Source: Eledone cirrhosa
Taxonomy: Eukaryota
Reading direction: 5' to 3'
Assembly: GCA_964016885.1 (NCBI GenBank)
Contig: OZ024743.1
Coordinates: forward strand, 246,946,001 to 247,010,000
Length of the DNA: 64,000 bases
Under the pieces are notes generated by a model. That model was not told the origin of the DNA and made no database searches. It was given only the letters and a program-made list of their open reading frames with translations. The position numbers and the translations under genes are program-made. Positions 43,793 through 55,994 of the stretch are shown here, in pieces. Position 1 is the first letter of the stretch. Every line of letters starts with the position of its first letter.

Positions 43793-44116
43793 GGCACTAC
43801 AACGCTATTAGCTGTCAGTCCAGTGGAAAACAGGCGGTGACGTCACTCGTCAACATCGTTTATTTCCGTATTACTACCACGCGTAAGTGGAGTTTTTACG
43901 CGTTTTTTTTTTTTTTAGAGAGAGAGGGAAGAGGAGAGATAGGGAAGAGAGAGAGAGAGAGGGAAGACTTAAAAGGGCAAAATTAGAAAACAAATTTAAG
44001 TTAATTAGAAAACAAGTCATGGTTATCAATGTAGAAAACAAGTCATTCACAAATTTAAGTTTTATAATCAAATTTTTTTCACCAACAAATATGACAGCTA
44101 ATAGCGTTGTAGTGCC
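43793..44116. mobile_element. MITE with perfect 25-bp terminal inverted repeats
   Basis: GGCACTACAACGCTATTAGCTGTCA (43793-43817) and its exact reverse complement (44092-44116). No clear TSD, superfamily unassigned. Confidence 0.8.
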
Positions 44117-44179
44117 CGCAATTCTGTATCTTTACGTATATTGCGCATAGATACGAGTGTTGACAAAGATACTCTCATG

Positions 44180-44470
44180 GAATGTGACCAAATGAGGTTT
44201 ATTTTTCAACATAGTCTCCCTTGCGTTCCACACACTTCTTCCATCGGTGTTGCAGTACTGAGATCAATGTTTTCCTCGGTAGTGGCAGTTGTAGGACGTC
44301 CAGACATTGGGTCATCTTCAAGAATCCCCTATCCTTTCCTAAATTCGGCTGCCCACTTTTGCACAAAGGAAAATTGTGGTACAATATTGTAAGATCTGCT
44401 TATAGCATTATCCATCTTTCAAAAATGAAGGTCCACATTTCGTCGACTTCAATACATTTTATTACATTTT
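44180..44470 (-). mobile_element. Internally deleted mariner (Tc1/mariner) element
   Basis: Minus strand encodes VQKWAAEFRKG*GILEDDPMSGRPTTATTEENID (mariner HTH-linker), fused to LQHRWKKCVERKGDYVEK* (mariner C-terminus) in another frame. The catalytic core is missing. Confidence 0.85.
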
Positions 44471-45010
44471 ATTGTATTGTAAACATTAACCTTTATGGAA
44501 ATTTTATTACAAAATTTCAATTTAGTTCGATTTTTTTGAATTTATTTAACAAACATGGAAAAATAATAAAAATAATAAAATAAAAAATAATTTGATTGCC
44601 TTTAATAAAGAAGATAAATAAAGTGGAACTGATTTCCAGGTCATACTAATGAAACAAGGTTTTTTCCATTACTGATATTATGTCTGCCGCAAGTCCTGGT
44701 AGAAGATGCTACACGAACTAAAGTATTTTACTGAAGGACGCAACATGCTGCAGGATCGAAGAAACGAGCCCATGACTTTATAATGGTTAGTCCAGTACCG
44801 TAACCCCTAAGGCATGTGCCTTCACAGAGGAAAGGTAAATCATATTATAACAGATTAGATGGGTACTATGTTAGATATTACTATGTGTCATATTATACCA
44901 AAGAGGAAGTGTGCTGTATAATAAACATTGATATCAGGTTGATTCAATAACTACCCGGTCCCAAATATGAACCCATGAACTTATGGTCGTCAGTCAAACA
45001 CTTTAACCAT

Positions 45011-45124
45011 TGTATGTATGTATGGATGGATGTATGTATGTGTGTATACATGTATGTATGTATGGATGTATGTATGGATGTATGCATGTATGTATACATG
45101 TATATATGTATGTATGCGTGTATG
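45011..45124. repeat. (GTAT)n-type microsatellite
   Basis: Directly visible. Similar tracts recur at 47556-47582 and 47783-47875. Confidence 0.9.
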
Positions 45125-47545
45125 AGAACAACTGGAAGGACTTCAGGAGCTCGGTCTATAAGGCTTCAGCAGAGGTCCTTGGCTTTGTCACAAGAAAACA
45201 AGGTCTGGTTTGATGAGAATGACCAGGAGGTCAAGGCTCTGCTAGACAGAAAACAAAAGGCACTTGATGCAGTTCTTAAAGGTGGTAGCTCTGTTGGTGA
45301 CAATTATGAGCGTTACAGACAGGTAAAGAAGGAAGTGCAGGTGAAACTCAGGGCTATGCAAAATACCTGGTGGAGCAACAAAGCAGATGAAGTTCAAGTG
45401 GCATCTGACGGCAACAATTTGAAACTGCCGCACTTTCTACTCACAGAGGTGTATGGCCCTTTCAGCTCTCCAGTGACCCCTTTGAGATCGAAAGATGTCA
45501 AGCAATTACTGCGTGACCCAAAAGACACTCGACAGATAGAGAGATCACTTTGATGAGCTCTTAAACCAGGTTGATGATGATTTCATTTGTTCCATTCCTA
45601 TTGAACCAATGAAGCATATGAGATGGCTAATGTATCTTCTCTTGCAGAGGGGACTTCTGTTGTGCATAAGCTGAACTGTGGTAAGTCTCCTGGCATGGAT
45701 GGTCTGAGTGGAGCAGTTTTGAAGTGTGGTGGTGAAAACTTCACGCAGCGCCTGACTGACCTCATGAAAATGGTGTGGGAAGATGAGAATGTCCCACAAG
45801 AAGGATGCGCTCATGGTGATTCTCCATAAAGGAAAGGACAAATGTGGCAATTATCATGTCATATCCCTTCTTTCAGTAGTTGGTAAAGTCGTGTCGAATA
45901 TTGATGGATAGATTGATCCCAAGAGTTGCTCTGAATGTGTTGCCTGAGTCGCAGTGTGGGTTCAGAAACGAAAGAGGAACAGTGGATATGATCGTTTCTG
46001 CTCGGCAGCTGCAAGAAAAGTGTATCGAACAATGTATGGACCTTTACCAGATCTTTGTTGACTTGACAAAGGCCTTTGACACTGTCAATCGAACTGCGTT
46101 GTGGGAAAAACATCCAAGGTAGGGTAGAAGATTCTGCATCTTTTCCATGATGACATGAAGGCTTTGGTCAGTATTGGTGGTAGCATCTCTGAACCAATAT
46201 CAGTTGAAAATGGAGTGAAGCAGGGGGACATTCCGGCTCCAACTCTGTTTTCCTTATATTTTACGATAGTGTTTCTCATGGCATTCAAATATTGTTCTCA
46301 TGGGGTTTACATCAGGTATCGCACTTCAGGAAGGTTGTTCAACACCAGGCGCTTTGGTACAAGCACAAAAGTATTAACATCTATAATCCGAGAGTTTTTG
46401 TATGCAGACGACTGCGATCTTTTTGCACACTCACAAAGTGACATGTAGCATATTATGAACTCTTTTTCTGCAGCTTGCAGCACTTTGGGTGTCACAATAA
46501 GCTTGGAAAAGACTGTTGTGATGTATCAGCCAGTACCTGGAAACGAGTACACTGCTCCAAGTGTGTACGTGTACGGAAAGAGGCTAAAAGTTGCTGACAA
46601 GTTTGTTTACCTTGGTAGTACGTTGAACACTTCATGCACACATGATAATGAAATATCCTTAAGAATCAAAAAAGCCAGTGATGCTTTTGGACGGCTGCAT
46701 CAACGTTTATGGTCCAGACGAGGTATCACTATCGAAACCAAGGTGAAAGTGTATCTGACTTGTGTCGTCTCCTCTTTACTTTATGTTTGTGAAACGTGGG
46801 TCATATACAGAAAGCACCTCAAGGATCTGGAGAGATTTCACCAACAATCTCTTCATAAGTTACTTGGGGTGTGGTGGAAAATGTTCGCCAGTGATTTGGA
46901 AGTTCTAGAACGGAACAGGTGCTTGACTATAGAGAGCATAATCTTTCGTATCGGTTGAGGTGGTGCAGTCATGTGGTCCGGATGTCTGATGATCGTATTC
47001 CAAAGCAACTTCTCTATGGAGAACTGTGTGAAGGAAGGCGACCACCACATAAACCAAAAAAGGCGGTACCGGGACTGTATCAGGGCACCTTGGCTTGTGC
47101 TGGAATTTCATCTGACGAATGGGAGAAAATGGCTGACGAGCGTGTGAAGTGGAGAATTTTGATCAAGTCAGGTGGTGAATACTTTGAAACTCGTCGGAGA
47201 GAACACCTAACACTGAAAAGGAAGGTGAGGATTGAGACTGTTCTGAACTGCCTGCTGTTGAACATCATCTGGTTTGCCAGCACTGTGGTCGAGTCAGCCT
47301 GAGCAAAGCTGGTTTGACTAAACATGAACAAAGTCATATCAGTAGACCTCATGTAGATCATGATCTGAAAAGGTGTAAGAAATGTACAAGCATGGGAGGT
47401 CTTAAAAGATACATGTGAACATACAGCCAGAACAAAGCAATGGAAGATTTCGGGGGAGCCTAAAGTTTGGCTGGTTTAAAGAGTCACATTTGTGCTTCAC
47501 ATTTTTGAACATTTTATCAGGCGATGGCAATACTTGAACACGAGT
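45125..47545 (+). pseudogene. Decayed 5'-truncated RTE (BovB-like) LINE with C-terminal C2H2 zinc fingers
   Basis: Fragments KSPGMDG, PESQCGFR..RGTVDMI..ARQLQEKC.EQ, FVDLTKAFDTVNR, GVKQG..APTLF, YADD, FVYLGS and RLRW..HVVRM...RIPKQLLYGEL. CQHC-x12-HEQSH at ~47275-47337. Many stops and frameshifts. Confidence 0.92.
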
Positions 47546-48469
47546 TTGCAGCATTATGTAGTATGTATGTATGGATGTATGTCGGGTCACACTTGACTGC
47601 TATTGGTAACATGTAACCCAGTACAACCTGTCGCATGGTCGGGTCGTCGGCGACTAAACCAGCAACCCCACCAAGTTTACTTGGTGAGGAGGGTGATTTT
47701 GGACACCCTGCAGGACAAAAAACAAAACCTGACAAAAGGCGGAAGATCTCATAAGAGTCAACGGCCATCCAAAAATGTGTAAATATGTATATACACATGT
47801 ACATATGTATGTATATGTATATGTGTATATACATGGGTGCATGTGTATGTACATGGGTGCATGTGTATGTACATGGGCGGGGACATAGAAATAATTGGGC
47901 TGGACACCCGATCGCGCGGTTAAACCACTGGGAGTGAAGGACCCCTAACCTTTGTCAAGGCATTCTTCTAGGAGAAGGAAACTCAGGAAACTGGGATAAC
48001 TCCGATATAAAACCTGCAGCTCAGTAGTTACCGATGATGTTGATATTTTCTTCTTTTCGGGTTATAGCTACTATCGCTCAGAGAGTGGGATTGGCTCAGT
48101 GCACAGTCTTTCCTCATTAAAAAAAATATCTTCATGCACAGGCATTGCACGATAGAATTAATTAATAATTATTAATAATGGTATATCGTGCAATGGCCAT
48201 ACTCGATAACGAGGGGGCAGCCATCATGTATGCATGCATGCGTGTATGTATGTGTGTATGTTTGAGTGTGTGCGTGCGTGTGTGTATATATATATATATA
48301 TATATGTGTGCATGTGGATGTGTATATATATATATATCTCCATATACATATTTATTCAGCTGATATAGGCTGGATTGGTTGGAATATCCTGACGCGAATT
48401 CTTTCTGCTCTGTTAAATCGAAACAAATCTTGACTTTTTATTTGAGGTTTTCTATATAAGAGACCGGGA

Positions 48470-49085
48470 GACCGGAAGGCCATTTGTCCTAAGCCACCTG
48501 GACTATTGCTCCCAGCTGTGGTCACCCCATAGTATCAATCTAACCACGGAACTTGAGACAATCCAACAAAGCTACACCAAGAGGATTGCACGATGAAGGA
48601 GATGAGCTACTGGCAGAGGCTAAAAGAACTGAAACTCTACTCCTTTGAACGAAGACGGGAGAGATACGCAGATACATATGGAAAATCCTGGAGGGACTAG
48701 CGCCAAACTTTGGTATTGAGAGCGGGACCAACCCCCGAACAGGACGTCACTGTGTAGTGACAAAGGTCCCGTCTTCCACATCTAGAACAAGAAGCAGATA
48801 TTGCAATAGACTGGGGTTCAAAGGCCCTCAACTCTTCAACAAACTGCCGAGGATTTGAGAGATCTACATGGTGTGGCCGTGGATATTTTCAAGAAACTTC
48901 TCGACACCCTGTTATCCAGGATCCCGGATGAGCCCACACCACGGTACGAAGGTAACCTAAGGGCAGCACCAACGAACTCCCTCTTACATCAATGGCTAGC
49001 CAACACAGGCTGGAGATAGAATGTGTAGCAACAAGGGCAGTGCCCAATCATGGTCTCAGCCGGATGGCTGGAACAGCTAAAAGAG
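48470..49085 (+). mobile_element. 3' fragment of a CR1-group LINE
   Basis: Translates piecewise to LSHLDYCSQLWSP ... YIWKILEGLAPN ... GFKGPQLFNKLP ... SRIPDEP, with stops and frameshifts. Confidence 0.8.
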
Positions 49086-49111
49086 TATATATATATATTT
49101 AATATAGAAAT

Positions 49112-49163
49112 GGCTTCAACAGGACTAGAACTGTTTCATTCGGAGGAAATCATCAGAAAAGCC
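49112..49163 (-). ncRNA. Type I hammerhead ribozyme motif
   Basis: Minus strand reads GGCTTTT-CTGATGA-TTTCCTCCGAAT-GAAA-CAG-TTCTAGTC-CTG-TT-GAAGCC. All three stems can pair (GGCTTT/GAAGCC, TTC/GAA, ACAG/CTGT). Confidence 0.72.
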
Positions 49164-49349
49164 GACTGTCAATGTAATATGGTGGTATTTATACCTTTTC
49201 TGGTGGTAGGGGAGGGTAGTAAATTGATGCTAACTAGACAAACACATACACACTGACAGGCACTCCTAATTTTCAAGATTCATTTATTCCAAACAAACAA
49301 AGGGTTTTCATTGAGTGGCAATATTAAAATGCTCTGCTAAAAGATATAA

Positions 49350-50124
<775 letters not shown>

Positions 50125-50956
50125 CAAATTTCAATAATATTAAGACACCCTAATGGGGGTTAAACGCCCTATAGTGAAAAGTTTGGCCAATAAATGGAAC
50201 AAGATTTTACGAACTCCTCCTATGGTTTTAGAGATAGACCCCCATAACCATATATATTCTGAAACTACATTGCCCAGGGTACTTGTATAAGTATATTTCA
50301 TTTTAATCAAAGGGTTCATCGGGGGCACAAAACCGTCGCTGAAACTTTACCTTCGATTTATATGAAATTTAAACCATAATTAAATGACAAGATATGATGC
50401 CTATTCACAAAATTTCAGCAAATTTCAATAAAATTAAAATACCCTAATGGGGGTTAAACCCCCTATTAGGGTTCACCAGGGGGCACAAAATCCCCGCTGA
50501 AAATTTTTTCGGTTCGATTTATATGCAATTTAAACCATAGATAAATGAAGAGATATGATGCCTATTCACAAAATTTCAATACTATAAGACACCTTAATGG
50601 TGGTTAAACCCCCTATTAGGGTTCCCCGGGGGTACAAACCCCCGCTGAAAACTTTTCCCTTTCGATTTATATGAAACTTAAACCATAGGTAAATGACAAG
50701 ATATGATGCCTATTCACAAAAGTTTTCAATTGATATTTTGAAAAAATTATTTACAAAAAACAAAATAAGAATAAGATTTAATAATGCAATTTTGATTTGA
50801 TATATTACAAAAAATGATGTTTTCCAATTTTTCATGCATTACATTTTACATTGAGTAATATTGAGTTTTTCTCCATAAATTATATCACTGATCAATCATC
50901 ATTTTCTTACAAAAAAAAAAGAGTGAAACGCAGCAAGGCGCTGGTAATTCGGCTAG
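50125..50956 (+). mobile_element. Helitron-like non-autonomous element with internal ~150-160 bp tandem repeats
   Basis: 'gatatgatgcctattcacaaaa' recurs at ~50391, 50552 and 50700. 3' end has a short hairpin CAGC-AAGGC-GCTG (50931-50943) followed by CTAG|T (50953-50957). Confidence 0.55.
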
Positions 50957-51007
50957 TATATATATATATATATATATGTGAGTGTGTGTATATATATGTG
51001 TGTGTAT

Positions 51008-51975
51008 GTGTGCTCATTATGTAGGAGAGGTGTAGGTAGAGACTCCATCCTCTGCCCCATATGCAAACTATGGGTACACAAGAGATGTAGTGGGATTTCA
51101 GGAAGTTTAGTTAAGAATTTAGGCTTTACATGTAGCAGTTGCACCAGGACAGTAAGCAGCAAACAATCACTGAAAACAAGTGACATCAAAGTCTGGGAGG
51201 ACTTGGTAAAAACAATACCGAATTAGCAGCAGAGGGGGGTGTTCTGAAAGAACGGGATGGAAGAAGTTGAGGGAGCTACTGCCACAGCTGGATACAAAAA
51301 GCTTTTCCCTCAGAATAAAAGGTAGACTGTATGATGTGTGCATATAAATGGCAATATTGCATGGTAGTGAGAGCTGGGCGCTGTGTGTAGAAGACTTGCG
51401 TAGATTAGAAAGGAATGAGCTTGTACGCTCCGATGGATGTGTAAGAGTAATATATGCGAACAGCAAAGCATAAACAAACTGAAAGAGAAACTAGGCATAA
51501 GAGGAATCAAATGTGTGCAGGAGAGGAGATTATGTTGGTATGGACATGTGATTCGTATGAAGGATGACAGCTACATAAAGTCCCAGAAAGACTTGAGATG
51601 AAGTGATAAAAGCCGACCTTACCCAATTGCACCTCTGAAAGGCAATGACACAGGACCAAGATCTCTGGCGTTATGAGGTAATACAGAAACCCCAACTTCC
51701 CACGGGCCCAGGCCAAGGCTGAAACATACATACAGTATGCACCACTCCATCCCACCTGCCAATATATCTTTCATGAGAACAGGCCGAAACACTGTAAAGT
51801 GATTGTGATGGTGACACGGTAAAAAACACCCAGTCCACACTGTAAAGTAGTCGTGTAGGAATCACAACAAAAAACACCCAGTACTCACTCTAAATGAGCT
51901 TGGCATTAGGAAGGGCATCCAGCTGTAGAAACCAAGCCAAAATCAGTTCTTTATGAGCAAGACATGGTCACCTGA
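51008..51975 (+). mobile_element. RTE-clade LINE, copy 3 (3' fragment, more decayed)
   Basis: CSLCRRGVGRDSILCPICKLWVHKRCSG matches copies 1 and 2, and it carries the same 3' UTR motif AGGAAGGGCATCCAGCTGTAGAAA. A further small fragment lies at ~53097-53190. Confidence 0.88.
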
Positions 51976-51995
51976 CCTAACATTGCCAACAATAG

Positions 51996-52377
51996 AAGGC
52001 ACATGGCTCAGTGGTTAGAGCATTGGGCTTGCAATTGAAAGGTTGTGAGTTTAATTCTCGGACCGGATGATGTGTTGTTTCCTTGAGCAAGACACTTTAT
52101 TTCACATTGCTCCAGTTTACTCAGCTGTAGAAATGAGATGATAGGACTGGGGTCCCTATCATTCCACTGCAAAGTGGTCGTGGAGGTGCCATGGCAGAAA
52201 AAAAAAACACCCAGCACTCACTGTAAATGAGGTTGGTGTTAGGAAGAGCATCCAGCTGTAGAAATCAAGACAGAATCAGTTCCCGTATGAGCAAGACAAG
52301 GTCAGCCGACCGGACACTGCCCACAACAGGACAACCCATGCTAGCGTAGAAGAACTGACATAAAATGATGATGATGA
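51996..52377 (+). mobile_element. tRNA-headed SINE with RTE-derived 3' tail
   Basis: A-box TGGCTCAGTGG, B-box-like GAGTTTAATTC, central 'ccttgagcaagacactt' domain, then the RTE 3' UTR motif and a (GAT)n tail. Confidence 0.85.
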
Positions 52378-52449
52378 AATATAACAGAGTTTTATAGATT
52401 GCTTGAAGCATTGATGAATAGGAAACACAAATTTAAATTTTGAAAACCA

Positions 52450-52779
52450 AGTTGAGGGCCTTTGAACCCCAGGCTATTGCAATAGCTGCTCCTGATTCTA
52501 GATGTGGAAGACGGGACCTTTGGTACCACACAGTGACGTCCTGTTCGAGAATTGGTCCAGCTCTCAATGCGAAAGTTTGGTCTTAGTCCCCGCAGGATTT
52601 TCCATATGTATATCATTGCATATCTCTCCCATCTTCATTCCGAGGAGTAGAGTTTCAGTTCTTTTAGACTCTCCCAGTAGTTTATCTCCTTCGTGGCAAC
52701 CTTCTTGGTGTAGCTTCATTGGATTGCTTCAAGCTCGATGGTTAGTTTGATACTATGGGGTGACCACAGCTGGGAGCAT
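52450..52779 (-). mobile_element. Inverted second fragment of the CR1-group LINE at 48470-49085
   Basis: ORF 52392-52616(-) IYIWKILRGLRPNFRIESWTNSRTGRHCVVPKVPSS...GFKGPQL matches the plus-strand fragment. Confidence 0.85.
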
Positions 52780-53199
52780 TCCGGTTTTAGGTATTTCTTC
52801 CTGCTTGGTACGGGTATGTTCTTTGTAGAAATATTCAGATGTTTCTGCATGATGAATATAAGTCAATAGAGTACTCAATCAAGGGAGCCAAATAGTAATA
52901 ATAATAAATTTGAAGACTAACATCCAAAGAGGGCTCGATGAGGATAAATATATATCAAATATATAAGAACCGTAGAGCAAATATTTATTAAAATAACCGA
53001 TTAAAGTTTAAGCAAAGAATCGGCTGCTGTCTCCCTTAATGGGATCTTCTGAAACTAAAAAAAATCAATCTGTGAACGCAGAAGTAAATATTTCTAAGCC
53101 GACCTTTCCCAATTGCACCTCTCAAGGGCAATGACACACGACCATGACCTCTGACGTCACACCGTAATACAGAAGACCCGACTTTCCACAGGAACATAT

Positions 53200-55880
53200 A
53201 GACAATATTTGTTTTCCTTTGTTTTTTATGTTCTATCTACTAATCCGACCTCCAAAATGCTTGCAATTGACTATTTTTTTAGCATATTAACAACAAATAT
53301 GATTTCCACTGCAATTAAAAATGACTAGCTTTGTGAATGGTTTTTCCACCCACTTTCTGCCTTCATTTTTCTACAAAGCTAATCATTGACGATAGGCTTC
53401 AAAGTTATATTCATTCATAATATGTGAAAAAAATAGTCAACTGCGAGCATTAGTGTGATGTAAATGGTAGGAGTAAGTGTTCTGTAATACATTTACCATA
53501 TGGTGAAGTATGGTTATGGTGCAGTATATGGTGTGGATTGGGGTAGATTAATGTGCTGTGGTGTGCTTTGTTATAAGTGAGGATTTAAATTTCCACTTTG
53601 ATTTATGTTAGAAAAAACATTTTTCCTTCATTTTTGCATGTGCTATCAACTTCCAAGAAGCTTGCAGTGGACTATGCTTTTAGCATATTAACAAAAAATA
53701 TGACTTCCGCTGCAATAAAAAATGGCTAGCTTTGCAAATGGTATTTCCACCCACATCCTCCCTCTTTTTTCTACAAAGCTAGTCATTTTCATCAGGTTTC
53801 CATGTCATAACCATTAATAATATGTGCATAAAATAGTAATTTGCGAGCACCTTTTATGTCAAATTGGGTGATAAACAAAACAAAAAAAAAAAAAATGGTA
53901 GATGAAAATTTGTCACACCAAAATCTATATCCTGGTGTGATGTAGTATGCTGTGGTTTGGTAAAGTTTCTACAAAGATAGTCATTTTCGACAGGTTTCCA
54001 TGTCATAATTATTGATAAATGGAAAAAAAATAGTCAATTGGGAGCACCTTTAATGTCAGATTGGGTGGTAAGCACACACAAAAAAAAAAAAAAGGAAACA
54101 GGAAGAAAATGTTTCACACCAAGATCAATAGCTTGGTGTGATGTAGTATGGTGTAACTTGGTATGGTGTGGTTTGGTTTGGTGAAGTTATGAAATGGAAA
54201 CCAATTCTAAACGATAGATTCCCATGTCATATTCAGTGATAATGTGTGGGAAAATAGTCATTTGCAAGCACCTTTGATGTTAGTTTGAGGTGGTAACCAC
54301 AAAAAATATAAAAAGCAGGTAGCAAATTTGTCACATTGATCTCCGTACCATGGTGTGATGTAAATGGTAGGAGTAGGTGTTCTGCAATAAATTTACCATA
54401 TAGTGAAGTGTGGTTATGGTGAATTTATGGTGTGGATTGGGGTAGATTAATGTGCTGTGGTGTGCTTTGTTATAAGTGAGGATTTAAATTTCCACTTTGA
54501 TTTATGTTAGAAAAAAAATTTTTCCTTCATTTTTGCCTGTGTTATCAACTTCCAAGAAGCTCGCAGTGGACTATGCTTTTAGCATATTAACAAAAAATAT
54601 GACTTCCGCTGCAATAAAAAATGACTAGCTTTGTAAATGGTATTTCCACCCACACCCTCCCTCTTTTTTCTACAAAGCTAGTCATTTTCGACAGTTTTCC
54701 ATGTCATAATTATTGATAATATGTGCAAAAAATAGTCAATTGCAGCACCTTTGATGTCAGATTGGGTGGTAAGAACACAAAAAAAAAAAAAAAAGGAACA
54801 GGAAGAAAATTTTTCACACTGAGTTCAAAAGCATGGTGTGATGTAGAATCGTGTAGTTTGTTGTGGTGTGGTTTGGATTGTTGTAGTTATGACATGGAAA
54901 CCTATTGCAAATGATAGGTTTCCATGTTATATACATTGATAATGTGTAAAAAAAATAGTCATTTGTGAGCACCTTTGATATCAGATTGGGTGGTAAGCGC
55001 ACGCACAGAAAAAAAAAACAGGAAGAAAAATGTTCTCACTGAGATTAATAGCATGGTGTAGTTTGGTATGGTGTAGTTTGATGTAGTTTAATGTGGTATG
55101 GTTTTCCGACCTCCAACATGCTCACAGCCGACTATGCTTTTACCATCATCATCATTTTACGTCCACTTTTCCCTGCTTGCAAGGGTGGGACGGGAACTGA
55201 TTCTGGCTTGATTTCTACAGCTGGATGCCCTTCCTAACACCAGCCTCATTTACAGTGAGTGCTGGGTGGTCTTTGCCGTGGCACCTACATGACCACTTTG
55301 CAGTGGAATGATAGGGACACCAGTCCCTATCATCTCATTTCTACAGCTGAGTAAACTGGAGCAATGTGAAATAAAGTGTCTTGCTCAAGGAAACAACACA
55401 CCACCTGGTCTGAGAATTGAACTCACAACCTTTCGATTGCAAGGCCAATGCTCTAACCACTAAGCCAAGTGCCTCCATTACCATATTAACAACAAACTAT
55501 GACTTTCACTGCAATCAAAACTGACAAGCTTTGTGAATGGTATTTCCACCCACTTTCCGCCCTCTTTTTTCGACAAAGCTAGTCATTTTCAACAGATCTC
55601 AAAGTCTTCATTGATAATATGTTAATTGCGAACACTTTTAATGTCAGATTGGGTGGTAAGCACACAAAAAAAGACAAAAAAAGCAGGAAGAAAATTTTTC
55701 ACACTGAGTTCAATAGCATGGTGTGATGTAGTATGGTGTAGTTTGTTATGGTGTGGTTTGGTTTGGTGTAGTTTGGTATGGTTTAGTTTGGTGTAGTTAT
55801 AACATGGAAACCTATCATAAATTTACCAAGGTATGGTATAATCTAGTTTGGTGTAGTGTAGGTTAGTGTGGTGTGGCGTG
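53200..55880. repeat. Cluster of palindromic (foldback) ~300-bp elements and half-elements separated by GTGTG/GTTTG-rich spacers, including a 900-bp-offset duplication
   Basis: Arms TGACTAGCTTTGT / ACAAAGCTAGTCA and GCAATTGACTATTTTTT / AAAAAATAGTCAATTGC recur. 53461 and 54361 begin near-identical blocks. Confidence 0.8.
55147..55477 (-). mobile_element. tRNA-headed, RTE-tailed SINE with 7-bp TSD, inserted into a foldback element
   Basis: Reverse complement of the 51996-52377 family. TSD TTACCAT at 55140-55146 and 55478-55484. Confidence 0.87.
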
Positions 55881-55994
55881 TTATTGTTTTGCATCGTATA
55901 GCGTGATTCTCTTTAAATTAAAATCATTAAAATGTAATGCCTATCTTCTATATCTTAAAGAGTGACCTTAAATTGCAAATGACTTTTTTCTCTG

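Noticed and set aside
43490-43900. Promoter call from GCGCGCCC and TGACGTCA motifs
   Set aside because: The CRE-like site lies inside a MITE and neighbouring sequence is SINE-derived. Short motifs alone cannot support a promoter.
44420-44456. Minus-strand IEVDEMWTF resembling an IS1-family transposase motif
   Set aside because: A stop follows within a few codons, and it lies at the 5' end of a clear mariner remnant, so it is likely coincidental.
51996-52070. tRNA gene
   Set aside because: A/B boxes are present, but the sequence continues into a SINE body and LINE tail, and no full cloverleaf is evident.
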